IMG/VR virus record: IMGVR_UViG_3300037067_012889
Location: 160,001-224,000 of that record
Direction: 5' to 3' (one strand)
Length of the DNA: 64,000 bases
DNA from: a virus
Lineage: Duplodnaviria > Caudoviricetes
Shown in pieces: positions 10,280 to 19,686 of the stretch. Each line of letters opens with the position of its first letter. Position 1 is the first letter of the stretch. A program made the position numbers and the translations under genes. Under the pieces are notes generated by a model that did no database searches, was not told the origin of the DNA, and was given only the letters and a program-made list of their open reading frames with translations.

Positions 10280-10541
10280 GGCCCTGTAATCGCTCTTTCT
10301 TATATCTTTTGAATTGCTGTATTTTCTTTGCAGCAAGCATTTCCTCATTTGAGATTGGTTTTGCCTCTACGAAGCGTAGGCCCTTGCTACGCAATGCACG
10401 CCTTATCTTATTAAATTCTACGTAGACATTATCTGAACCAATCTCAGTTATAAAAATCTGTATTTTATCATTTGGGTCAACCGCAATGCATCTCCACCAT
10501 CGTAATTGAGACACATCAAAATTATCATTCATGCCATCCAT
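10182..10541 (-). CDS. hypothetical protein
   Basis: Fills the gap between tmk and dut but overlaps the tmk 3' end. Confidence 0.45.
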   Translation of the reverse strand: MDGMNDNFDVSQLRWWRCIAVDPNDKIQIFITEIGSDNVYVEFNKIRRALRSKGLRFVEAKPISNEEMLAAKKIQQFKRYKKERLQGLTGRHYSPISHLPFVLFFAILFLLILWLVCHH

Positions 10542-10556
10542 AGGAACTGAAATACA

Positions 10557-11063
10557 ATGAGCCCAGAAGGCAGTTTAAATCCAACACTGGTGTTTCCGGC
10601 ATCTGAGAGCGAAATACATGTATATCCGTCAGACTACGTACGATTAGAATTTAAGCGTGTTCATCGAGATGCACGAGTTCCATATCGCAAGCGTGAGACC
10701 GATGCCGGATACGATCTGTTCTCAATCGAAGAAGTCACGATCAAACCACATTCTACTGAAAACATCAGGACCGGTGTTATCGTAGTTTGCCCGAAAGGAT
10801 GGCAACTTCTCATTGAGGGGCGATCGAGTGTATGGATTAATGGCGTCGCGCCTTTTCATGCTGTTATAGACAGCACATATACTGGAGAAATGATGGTTCG
10901 GCTCATGAATGTCAGCGACACTCCGTATCATATCGAAAAACATGATAGGATAGCACAATTCGTTTTACATAAAGCATACAGTGCCGTATTTGTCGAAGTT
11001 GATGAATTCAGCCCTGACTATAATCAAAGAGGAGAAGCTGGTTTTGGATCATCAGGCCGATAG
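10557..11063 (+). CDS. dut: trimeric dUTPase
   Basis: AGYDL, GRSS, VIDSTYTGE, RIAQ and RGEAGFGSSG motifs. Confidence 0.95.
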   Translation: MSPEGSLNPTLVFPASESEIHVYPSDYVRLEFKRVHRDARVPYRKRETDAGYDLFSIEEVTIKPHSTENIRTGVIVVCPKGWQLLIEGRSSVWINGVAPFHAVIDSTYTGEMMVRLMNVSDTPYHIEKHDRIAQFVLHKAYSAVFVEVDEFSPDYNQRGEAGFGSSGR

Positions 11064-11095
11064 CATTCGAACTTACAACACATGAGCCGTAAAAA

Positions 11096-11392
11096 ATGCT
11101 TGTAGTAATTTATGGAAAAGCAATCGACGATAAAGAAATAGGGATATATATAGACGGTGTCTTCTTCGGTGGTATAGCTGAAAATCAAGAAGATGCTGAA
11201 CAACTAGCCAAAGAATGTGTAAATTATACCGTTGGTGGAGTTGCAATTCCCAAAATAATTCCAATCGGCCGTAAAAATTTACACGAAATATTCAAAGAGG
11301 CAAAAATTCGCTTCGACAAAATCGAGAGAGAAATGATTGAAGCTGAATCGATCATACAAGCTAATCAACAGAGATGTAAAAACAAAAAATAG
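11096..11392 (+). CDS. hypothetical protein (98 aa)
   Basis: ORF following dut. Confidence 0.6.
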   Translation: MLVVIYGKAIDDKEIGIYIDGVFFGGIAENQEDAEQLAKECVNYTVGGVAIPKIIPIGRKNLHEIFKEAKIRFDKIEREMIEAESIIQANQQRCKNKK

Positions 11393-11481
11393 CTCTCCGA
11401 CCTTTTCTCTTGTATCTTCTTTACGCATTCGCTACTTCGGCACATCGGAAGCCATAACGCAAAACAATCTAAAAAGAAACG

Positions 11482-11748
11482 TCACACGGGCTTCTTGTGA
11501 TATTTGTAATATATAATCATTATCAGCCATATAGTGTTCGCTACTGCCAAAACCGCCCCACCGACAAGAGAAACAAATTGTTCAAGGTGCGGATAATAAT
11601 ATAAATTCCAATATCCCCAAGTAACAAAGAATAATACAGCAGCCCAAGAAACACCTTTTACTTCTTTATCGCGATAAAGAGTTTTGATGTGCAACCATAT
11701 GAAGTATCCACCAAAAATCTCAAACAAACCATTGATAATGTCGGCCAT
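11482..11748 (-). CDS. small 3-TM membrane protein, PQ-loop/SemiSWEET-like
   Basis: Three hydrophobic helices and an LYRDKEVKGVS loop. Confidence 0.6.
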   Translation of the reverse strand: MADIINGLFEIFGGYFIWLHIKTLYRDKEVKGVSWAAVLFFVTWGYWNLYYYPHLEQFVSLVGGAVLAVANTIWLIMIIYYKYHKKPV

Positions 11749-11749
11749 G

Positions 11750-11935
11750 CTATATAAGGTTGGCGCGTTGTTTGAATTGCCGAGTTGCCCTAGCTAATGC
11801 GACATATTTACAACATCCAAAACCTTTGGCGTGTATGCATCTTTGGCCGTTCCAACCACCTTCTACACGGCATATCCAACGCGGCTTCTTACCATTATAA
11901 CAATAGAAGACTGCACTAATGTATGGTCGATCCAT
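11750..11935 (-). CDS. hypothetical protein (61 aa)
   Basis: Tightly packed with its neighbours. Confidence 0.45.
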   Translation of the reverse strand: MDRPYISAVFYCYNGKKPRWICRVEGGWNGQRCIHAKGFGCCKYVALARATRQFKQRANLI

Positions 11936-11940
11936 TATAT

Positions 11941-14370
11941 CTATGCCAATTCAAGCTGGCCGTGAGTGTACTCACTAAAAGCACGATCATATCCTCGCAA
12001 TACAATACGTCTTAACTTACAGCCTGGAAACATTCGCATCCCAAATTTTCCCATGGGACTTTCTCTTACGATTGGAAAATAAGGTGTCGAAATTGCTACT
12101 GGCGTTGGCAATATTCCACTTGCATCAGTACTTGGTGGTATAAGCAATCCATTCCACCATATCCATACCTGATTACCACGCTGCATGATCTCTAGCTCGT
12201 TCCAATATTCGACGCTACCTGTTGTTTCCGACGATATACCAAATCCACCATCATACACGACAAATCCCGGCTGATTCACTGCCGGAATATCTCCACTACC
12301 ATTATATGTGGCGTCTTGAATATAAGTGCCGCTGACAGCATATCCTGGCGTTAGGCCACGTACAAAGTCATCTGCTACGTCGATTGTATCGTCTTCGTAA
12401 TCAATACCGACGTCGAGAGTCCCAACCTTGAAATATAGTTCAACCTTGCCCGCAGACGTCAAATTGAAGTTAAGTCTGACACACGGTCCACTATATTCTT
12501 GATGCAGAATCTGTGCAATCTCGGAAATAAGACCAACAAATGGGCTTGAACCGATTAATGCCACAACGTCTTCGGCATGCAAGGAACACATCGCTTTATA
12601 TGTGTAACTCCATGTATGCCCAGCATTTAAGCCGGTCAACAGCCGCAATGTTCCAAACTGCGGCAATTCCTGGAAACTAGCACCACGAAGTAGTACGTAA
12701 TATCCTGTGCCACCGGTAAGCGCTCCGGTTTCAACGACATTCAAGAAATATTCTTCATTTCCGTCGATTGGTGCATTCAACAAGATGTCATATGGAGGAT
12801 AGACGCCAGTTTCTGACGGCCGCCCAATGGCTATATTAGCTAAGCACGAAGAACCAATATGTCTATTCCATAAGCAAACTGGACGTTGCCGATAAGTTTC
12901 TGTAGACGATTGCCGTTCTACACGCAGCCCAGGAAGTGATGTATCAATCGATGCAATATATTGATCATTTACATCGAATATCATAATTTCAGAACCGGAC
13001 GTGCCACCAGACGCTGATTCTGTCACTTCCGTCAATAAATATGGCGGATCAATACCCGTCATACCCCATACTTTGTGCTCGAAATTGCGAACGTCGGTGA
13101 CAAGCTCAAAATCGAAGGTAGCAGTTGGTGTCGATGGTTCCGTTCTGGCTGTCAGCTGCGTACCAAATTCAACACATCCAACCTCAGACCAAACACTACC
13201 GGCATCAAGGCTTGGTTTACGATTAAAAACGTATTGACGAATTGGTACATCGTTAACAGAGCCAACTTCGAAGAACCACATATCGATGACAGTACCGATT
13301 GGAAGAATTCCAATCGTCTTATCTAATACTAGTGCTTTGCTGTTGACTCCACCTTCTGGATAATCGTATTGCCAGACGTTTGTCGCTATAAATGAAGTAT
13401 TATCGGCGACAGTTGCACCATGGACGTCCCACCATTTACAGACATACTGGTTTGTTGCCAATACCTGCGTAGTGTAGTCTGTAATGACTGCTGCACGCTT
13501 TGTAAGTAGGTTACCATTATATAACAAACCACCAAGAATACCTGGTGTTGATACCATGTCCAAATCGAAACGAATTTGGTCACCGTTGGCATCACTTCCC
13601 ATGAACCACACGCATTCAGGCGTTGCACCGGCACCGGGAGTAAACGCCCAGCCAACATTAGTCGATGTGCTATTCGTCGCTGAACGTTTCAAAACCAATT
13701 CATATTCACCGACACCAGGAGCAACGGAATCATCATATCGTTTAAAAATCAGCGATGGATATGTAGTCTTCGTATTGAGCGACGCATCCGGGTTTGATGT
13801 GTTGACTATCAAACTCTCCGGCATGAGATAAACCTTCATCTCACCATACGTGCTAAGTCCAGGTAATTTACCAGCACATGACGGCGGACGTATAGTACTT
13901 GTTTCTGTAGAATCTTGCACCCAATAAATAGATGCACATGTTTCGACATTGCAACTCAACGGAATTGGAGAATCGACGGTCCATCGAATAACATTGCCAA
14001 ACCGCTCGATCGATATAAATTCACTTCCTGCGGCTAAGATTACGTCTCCCTGTAGCCAACCACCATCATCGGGGAAACCACCGCCTTGGAATCCAACGAT
14101 GCCAAGCCGCATCTGAGTCAATGCATCCAATTTGCATTTGTCGTCCGCAGCCATCAAACCCATTGTGTCACATGTAGCAGTTGGTATTGGGTCAGACGAG
14201 ATATGGCTTGTTCCATGTATTCCTATTTGGCTGATTTGACTATCTCGACCCCACAACGATCGAGTTTCAGCGTCATAAGCAAACCCACTAATTATATCGT
14301 CAGGACCGCTTACCTGAATCCATTGCTTATCAACTAATGAAGAATGGAGCGGTATTTTCGTTAGTGGCAT
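11941..14370 (-). CDS. putative tail fibre/baseplate-associated virion protein (809 aa)
   Basis: Fibre-type motif TATCDTMGLMAADDKCKLDAL; beta-rich; GGAG RBS. Confidence 0.6.
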   Translation of the reverse strand: MPLTKIPLHSSLVDKQWIQVSGPDDIISGFAYDAETRSLWGRDSQISQIGIHGTSHISSDPIPTATCDTMGLMAADDKCKLDALTQMRLGIVGFQGGGFPDDGGWLQGDVILAAGSEFISIERFGNVIRWTVDSPIPLSCNVETCASIYWVQDSTETSTIRPPSCAGKLPGLSTYGEMKVYLMPESLIVNTSNPDASLNTKTTYPSLIFKRYDDSVAPGVGEYELVLKRSATNSTSTNVGWAFTPGAGATPECVWFMGSDANGDQIRFDLDMVSTPGILGGLLYNGNLLTKRAAVITDYTTQVLATNQYVCKWWDVHGATVADNTSFIATNVWQYDYPEGGVNSKALVLDKTIGILPIGTVIDMWFFEVGSVNDVPIRQYVFNRKPSLDAGSVWSEVGCVEFGTQLTARTEPSTPTATFDFELVTDVRNFEHKVWGMTGIDPPYLLTEVTESASGGTSGSEIMIFDVNDQYIASIDTSLPGLRVERQSSTETYRQRPVCLWNRHIGSSCLANIAIGRPSETGVYPPYDILLNAPIDGNEEYFLNVVETGALTGGTGYYVLLRGASFQELPQFGTLRLLTGLNAGHTWSYTYKAMCSLHAEDVVALIGSSPFVGLISEIAQILHQEYSGPCVRLNFNLTSAGKVELYFKVGTLDVGIDYEDDTIDVADDFVRGLTPGYAVSGTYIQDATYNGSGDIPAVNQPGFVVYDGGFGISSETTGSVEYWNELEIMQRGNQVWIWWNGLLIPPSTDASGILPTPVAISTPYFPIVRESPMGKFGMRMFPGCKLRRIVLRGYDRAFSEYTHGQLELA

Positions 14371-14418
14371 ATGTGTTCTCCAAATGAAGTCATTTATATC
14401 TTTGGGCTGAAAATAATC

Positions 14419-16218
14419 CTAAAATTCGATTGCTGCGTGGCTGACTGATGGAGAAAATCTACTACCCTCAGATATTTTACCACGATTGTCTACAATAATA
14501 TCTAGATATCCTGGCTTAATGAGAACTGGTAGTAGCTTCCATTTACGCGAAATTATCGTAGCTGGCAACCGCCCAGCATGCGCGAATTCACCCTTAGGAA
14601 TTCTGTTATCTTCTGTGTAATCCTTTACCGCAGATCTTGGAATTTCTATAACTATCCCTGGTTTAGTTATTGTTGGTTTGAACGAATATGGTGCAAAACC
14701 ATTTGCATAATATTCAGCTGTTTCTACATCTCCATAGAATGTCAAATCGTCTTGGCCAATGTTGTGAGTTCCAGAAGAATATAACTGCTTAGATTTGACT
14801 GTCTTTATCCATTCATCCCAACTCATCCCTCTATAGACAAATCCTTCCCTGCCCATTATTTCTGTTTTTGCTGATGGCTCTTTATATTTATATTGTTCTT
14901 TATCGATGTCGATAGAATATATCGGCTCAGCCTTAGAGGGCTCGCCAACTTTCGGATATATCTCGAATCTATAAGTCTTCTCATTCCAATAATCATCAAT
15001 TTTTATGAGTCTATACGCCCAGCGGCTAGCATTGAATTTAGTTTCATCGCCCCATGGTTTAGAATGTAAAACAGTCAGTATTCTCTCGACTTCGTCTTTA
15101 TCGTAGTCTATTCCGGGTTTAGTTGTAATAGAGAAATGCTTTTTCTCATCCAAGAGATGGGATTCACATAGCACATTCTTAACGATATTGTTCTTGAAAT
15201 GCTCAACCGCTTCGGCAATAATGGCGTCTGCACAATCAGATTTAATAACCAACTCTTTACCAACGACTTCAAATAGTACTGTATGATCGTAATCCCATCC
15301 AGCATCAAACAATATTTCAGCATGGCTTATGACTGAATCGACAACAAATTGTTTCGATATTGTGTCGAATACAGCCAGTAGATTGCGACCTCTGGATTCT
15401 GAGAGTAATCTATGACCTGGTTTATGATTGTTAATGTATGATTTACTCTCATATCCCAAATCATCCAAATGATATTCCGGGCCATATCCTAAATCATCTG
15501 ACTCTTCTACGTCTTCTGGTTCCGGTAACTCTTCCGGCTCCTCCATTTTACGTAGTTCTTTTTGTAATGCTACTTGGCGTTCTAATTCTTTTAATTTCTT
15601 TCTGTCTCTGACATATCGTGTAGCTTTAGCCTTCTTTGCTACGTCGCTGCCAGCAATACCAATTCTCTCTGGTGATGTTCTGCGTCTTTGCTTCTCCGGT
15701 TCATATAAGCGACGCTTCAACCTCCAAGCTTCTCTATCTAATTCATCAGTATTCTTATCGATAGTTTTAGCCGGATCTGTTACATGACTCGCCTTGTCGG
15801 TATCAAGACTCGTCTTAATCTTTTCGTCTTTAGGACTTGATTTTGGTTTAACATATGTGTTTAATTCATTATGCTCTATTGATTTGATATATTTCGTATC
15901 ATAGGTCCTATAGTACATCGCAATATCTGGTAGTATAGATTTTAAATATCGATATCGAGATCGTAATGTGTCTCTTCTGAAAATCCTGTTTGCCGCCTTA
16001 CGCAGTCTATCAAGCTGGCCACTAGATAAATAATTAAGATTAATACCAGCAATCAACTGATTCTTTGTAGTCTGGTTTTTCCAATTGCCAAGAATCAGTA
16101 CGTCTGGTTTTGGGTCTGTGTTGTATGATAAATATTTAAAACTATCTCTTGGATAAGAACCACTCTTAAGGCGTCTGCCAGTACCTGTCTTACTCAGCTT
16201 GCGTTCAATTAGTTTCAT
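14419..16218 (-). CDS. T4 gp2 (DNA end protector)-like N-domain fused to a possible ADP-ribosyltransferase-fold C-domain
   Basis: DPKPDVLIL..GINLNYL..YRTY resembles the gp2 GLNLHYL motif; C-terminal VYRGMS..TFY..AEYYA..VIEI..GE. Confidence 0.5.
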   Translation of the reverse strand: MKLIERKLSKTGTGRRLKSGSYPRDSFKYLSYNTDPKPDVLILGNWKNQTTKNQLIAGINLNYLSSGQLDRLRKAANRIFRRDTLRSRYRYLKSILPDIAMYYRTYDTKYIKSIEHNELNTYVKPKSSPKDEKIKTSLDTDKASHVTDPAKTIDKNTDELDREAWRLKRRLYEPEKQRRRTSPERIGIAGSDVAKKAKATRYVRDRKKLKELERQVALQKELRKMEEPEELPEPEDVEESDDLGYGPEYHLDDLGYESKSYINNHKPGHRLLSESRGRNLLAVFDTISKQFVVDSVISHAEILFDAGWDYDHTVLFEVVGKELVIKSDCADAIIAEAVEHFKNNIVKNVLCESHLLDEKKHFSITTKPGIDYDKDEVERILTVLHSKPWGDETKFNASRWAYRLIKIDDYWNEKTYRFEIYPKVGEPSKAEPIYSIDIDKEQYKYKEPSAKTEIMGREGFVYRGMSWDEWIKTVKSKQLYSSGTHNIGQDDLTFYGDVETAEYYANGFAPYSFKPTITKPGIVIEIPRSAVKDYTEDNRIPKGEFAHAGRLPATIISRKWKLLPVLIKPGYLDIIVDNRGKISEGSRFSPSVSHAAIEF

Positions 16219-16505
16219 AGAACTGACGCGGCTAAAACTCTGTTTGGAATAAAATAAGTCTCTGCTCCAATAATTTTCACCTCGCCAAACCCACGCGATT
16301 CAAGTGCATATAACAGTTGTTCTATATTCGATGTATCTCCGAATTTGTTGAGATTTCTAATATCATCAATCGATATACTACCGGTTGGCTGCGACATTCT
16401 AGATATCACAACGAATAACTTCTTCGCGTCGTATGAAAGTTTATTAAAAAGCTTAGCTTGAGTACCTTGCTTGTTCTCGATAATTGGTATCCTAATAGTT
16501 CGCAT
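16215..16505 (-). CDS. small winged-helix-like protein
   Basis: LSYDAKKLF..IEQLLYALESRGFGEV; ATGA overlap with the next gene. Confidence 0.5.
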   Translation of the reverse strand: MRTIRIPIIENKQGTQAKLFNKLSYDAKKLFVVISRMSQPTGSISIDDIRNLNKFGDTSNIEQLLYALESRGFGEVKIIGAETYFIPNRVLAASVL

Positions 16506-16526
16506 AATTTATCTACCCATACAACA

Positions 16527-16563
16527 AAGGCGACAGGCGGCATTAATCCGCTCCTGTCGCCTT
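16527..16563 (-). terminator. intrinsic terminator-like hairpin
   Basis: AAGGCGACAGG/CCTGTCGCCTT stem just after the stop of the 852-aa gene. Confidence 0.65.
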
Positions 16564-16584
16564 CTTATCGGTCAAGGATTCCTA

Positions 16585-19143
16585 CTATCTGAATCGTCTG
16601 CGCGGACCTATGTTTCTGGCGTCGATGCCGCTTCCAAGTTCAAGATTTTCAAGATCTTGCAATTCCTCATCTGGTCTTGCACCGAAGTCAGCTTCCGGAG
16701 ACCCTCCCGATCGATCATTCCCACAACCATAGCACACACCATTCTCATCTGGCGATTCTGCAGAACCACAATGTGGGCACAGCTGGCCTTCTGGATCTAT
16801 AAAACCTGGAGCCTCGGTGTTGTATTCCGGCTCTTCCAAGTCGTCTTCCGGCCCATTAAAATCCTGTTCTTGTTCTTGCCCAAATCCGTGTTCTGGTTCA
16901 AGCTCGCCACCTAAATCTTCATCATATCCACGACCAAAAGCTTCTCGGTTTGGAGAACGGATCTGAGTACCCCAAGCCTCAGACAGCATCTGGAAAGCCT
17001 TCTGAGCTGTCGGCCAACCAAATTGACCAACAACGGCCGCACCCCAGTTATGATTCTTAACACGGCACGCGATACCTTCCGATACCACACAATCGGCAAA
17101 AGCGCTGGCTACTTTTCTTGTCTTGAACAGAATTTTACCTTCGCACGCTATAGGATCACGTCGCCTAGTTTGTACGGTTGGCAATTGGTGGCGATAAACG
17201 ATCGTCTTCTGATGCGGCATCGAGTACAAAGCCTCGAATACAACTTTTTTGCGATCGTACATTTGAAGTAGCTCTTCAACTACTGCCAGCGCTTCTGTAA
17301 GTGCTGAAAATGTTGCCGAAGCTCCTTCCGCTTTCACGCCAAAACGAACAGTATATTTCCCAGCTCGGCCGATCTTCCTGGCACCGTCAGTGATTGCTTC
17401 CTTCGCAACGCGCGATAGACGCAATATGTTCTCCTTCATGGTACCACTGCCACCCTTAAAAGCAGCTTGACCGCCAACGTTTTTCATTTTGGGTTTTAGT
17501 GGCGTCTGCATACCAGGAATCTCACTAGTGATACCATCACATGCGGCCCCTGATGTGCTGTTGCACGTTTCTTGCGGTGGGATCTTAGTGCCAAGTTCGC
17601 CCTGGCCACTCTTCGTTTTGTCGCTTGTATAGAAGCCATCCTTGTCCGCCTTGGCATCTTCGCCATTCATTCCACCAAGCTCATTACTCTCACGCAAGAA
17701 ATCGCAGAGCATACAGCCACTCTCATCTAAAACAGTTCCGCAATGAGCACACTTGCGAGACTCTGTTTTGACGACTTCCTTCGATGGATCGACGGCGTTT
17801 TTCTCATCGTCATCGCGACCCTTCATAGCAACTGCCGTCGCTTTGCCTTTGACAGCAGAGCCAATCTGGCCCATCATATTGCCACTCTCTGGCGACGATG
17901 TTTCGTCTCCAACATCGGCGTCTTCACATACTTCCTCTGTGCATTCCTCGGTTTCCTCGTCACCTTCTTCACTGGCCTCGTCGCCTTCTTCATCACCAGC
18001 TTCACCCTCTGGCATATCGCCTTCAAGTGCTTCATCCTCTGGCGTTTCAGACTCCTCGTCATGACCAGCGATCAGGTTAGCGGCCCTCTCGAAATCGTCG
18101 CCGATTTGCTGGAAGACATCGGCTAAATCGTCCGGGCCTTCTGCGTCAATTTCGATAACATCTTGCTCGATACCAACGGGCATGTCGGTATTGGCTACTT
18201 CCGGGACCTCGTTTGAAACCTCGCCCGGAATCTCGTCTGTTTCATCTGGAAATTCTTCTTCAACGGCCGGACCAGCGGCAACAGCACCAGATCCGACCAT
18301 TTCAGATAAAGGGCGTGGCTGCCAGAACCTCCCACTGGCATCATTCCCCTCATAAAACATGAATTTGCGGCTGGCTTCCATTAGTGATTGGAGATTCCGT
18401 TCCGACAAAATGGTCTTAACACCATGAGCATTGCACAACTGTTGGAAGTCTTCCAGGCAGACGTACGATGCTTGGCCGCTATATGTCTCGAACAAGCTCT
18501 GCAAATTGACCGAATCGCCTTCCATAATTCCGGCAATATTCGCAAGAGACCATTCCTCAGACATCTTATTGGTGCTGCCCTTAAATGGCTCGTGTTGGCC
18601 ACCCTTGTTCTTCTGCTTGGAATTTTGGCCAAGCTCGCCGCACATATTACCCATTTCGGATGTGATGCCGTCGTCGGCGGTGCCCTTAGAGATGTTGACT
18701 GTCTCAAAGCCACCACCAACATTTTTCTGCTTGGTCTTCAGGTTCATATCCTTCAGATGAGTTGTTATACAATCACAAGCTTCACCAGAAGTACTCTTCC
18801 CGAAAGCCTCCGTAGCACCGGTATTCTTCTGCTTACCACCGAGCTTATTGGTCCTGCCGTCCATACTGGTCATAAAGTCGCCCTTGACGCCTTTATAATC
18901 TTGGACTGCTTCCGAAATGCGAGATCGTGCCATTGCAAACTCCTGTAAACGTATTGGTGCCTCAATATTGTCTTGGCACTCAGGATCAAGCTCGTTTAGT
19001 ACCCTCTTAACTGGCTTACCGGGCTGTTTAACGGTTTTCTCCGGATGACCCATAATATTGGTCTTTTCCGTCTCATCTTTGCCCACATCTGCGGCGTTTT
19101 GGACATTTTTTGATTTAGCAGCCATATGATATTTTTGCGTCAT
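16585..19143 (-). CDS. large acidic protein with internal repeats and Zn ribbons; possible head core/scaffold protein (852 aa)
   Basis: E/D-rich tracts, repeated DGITSE..K(Q/M)KNxGG units, CxxC pairs and many (L/I/M)xE sites. Confidence 0.5.
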   Translation of the reverse strand: MTQKYHMAAKSKNVQNAADVGKDETEKTNIMGHPEKTVKQPGKPVKRVLNELDPECQDNIEAPIRLQEFAMARSRISEAVQDYKGVKGDFMTSMDGRTNKLGGKQKNTGATEAFGKSTSGEACDCITTHLKDMNLKTKQKNVGGGFETVNISKGTADDGITSEMGNMCGELGQNSKQKNKGGQHEPFKGSTNKMSEEWSLANIAGIMEGDSVNLQSLFETYSGQASYVCLEDFQQLCNAHGVKTILSERNLQSLMEASRKFMFYEGNDASGRFWQPRPLSEMVGSGAVAAGPAVEEEFPDETDEIPGEVSNEVPEVANTDMPVGIEQDVIEIDAEGPDDLADVFQQIGDDFERAANLIAGHDEESETPEDEALEGDMPEGEAGDEEGDEASEEGDEETEECTEEVCEDADVGDETSSPESGNMMGQIGSAVKGKATAVAMKGRDDDEKNAVDPSKEVVKTESRKCAHCGTVLDESGCMLCDFLRESNELGGMNGEDAKADKDGFYTSDKTKSGQGELGTKIPPQETCNSTSGAACDGITSEIPGMQTPLKPKMKNVGGQAAFKGGSGTMKENILRLSRVAKEAITDGARKIGRAGKYTVRFGVKAEGASATFSALTEALAVVEELLQMYDRKKVVFEALYSMPHQKTIVYRHQLPTVQTRRRDPIACEGKILFKTRKVASAFADCVVSEGIACRVKNHNWGAAVVGQFGWPTAQKAFQMLSEAWGTQIRSPNREAFGRGYDEDLGGELEPEHGFGQEQEQDFNGPEDDLEEPEYNTEAPGFIDPEGQLCPHCGSAESPDENGVCYGCGNDRSGGSPEADFGARPDEELQDLENLELGSGIDARNIGPRRRFR

Positions 19144-19685
19144 ATATTAGATTTCTTTTTATACGCCCTAATTTGCCAATTTTTCTCTGGTATGTTCGAC
19201 TTGTATGACGATATGTTATGCGGGATATATTCGACATATGCACGATCATCTATGACTAACCATTCACAATAAAATTGCTTAGCACAAAAATCGCGCACTT
19301 CCTTTTGCAAATCTCCACCGGAAAATATTATTCTTCTAGGAAGCGTAGCCAAAGAAGGATCGTAATAAGTAAAAATTTTATGCTTATTGTCGACTTCTTT
19401 TGAAACACCTCTTTTTGGAACAGTCTCGGCTGGTTTGGTGTCATCTATAATCATAGCCGGGAAATGCTTTGTTAGAAATGCTTCTAATGAGATTGCCCAT
19501 TGCCTCTTCTTAGTGATAGTCTGTAATATTTCATACATTTTATCCCTATTTTCTGAGCACCCATGTCCACCTTTCAGAAAATTTATTAAACTTGTATGGA
19601 TAGCAGAATCTAAATTCTTCAACCATACTAGAAATAATTCTGACTTGGCCAGATAACAAAATTCTTTTGAGTTTATCTTCTTCAT
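19140..19685 (-). CDS. hypothetical protein (181 aa)
   Basis: Operon-style overlap with its neighbours. Confidence 0.65.
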   Translation of the reverse strand: MKKINSKEFCYLAKSELFLVWLKNLDSAIHTSLINFLKGGHGCSENRDKMYEILQTITKKRQWAISLEAFLTKHFPAMIIDDTKPAETVPKRGVSKEVDNKHKIFTYYDPSLATLPRRIIFSGGDLQKEVRDFCAKQFYCEWLVIDDRAYVEYIPHNISSYKSNIPEKNWQIRAYKKKSNI

Positions 19686-19686
19686 T

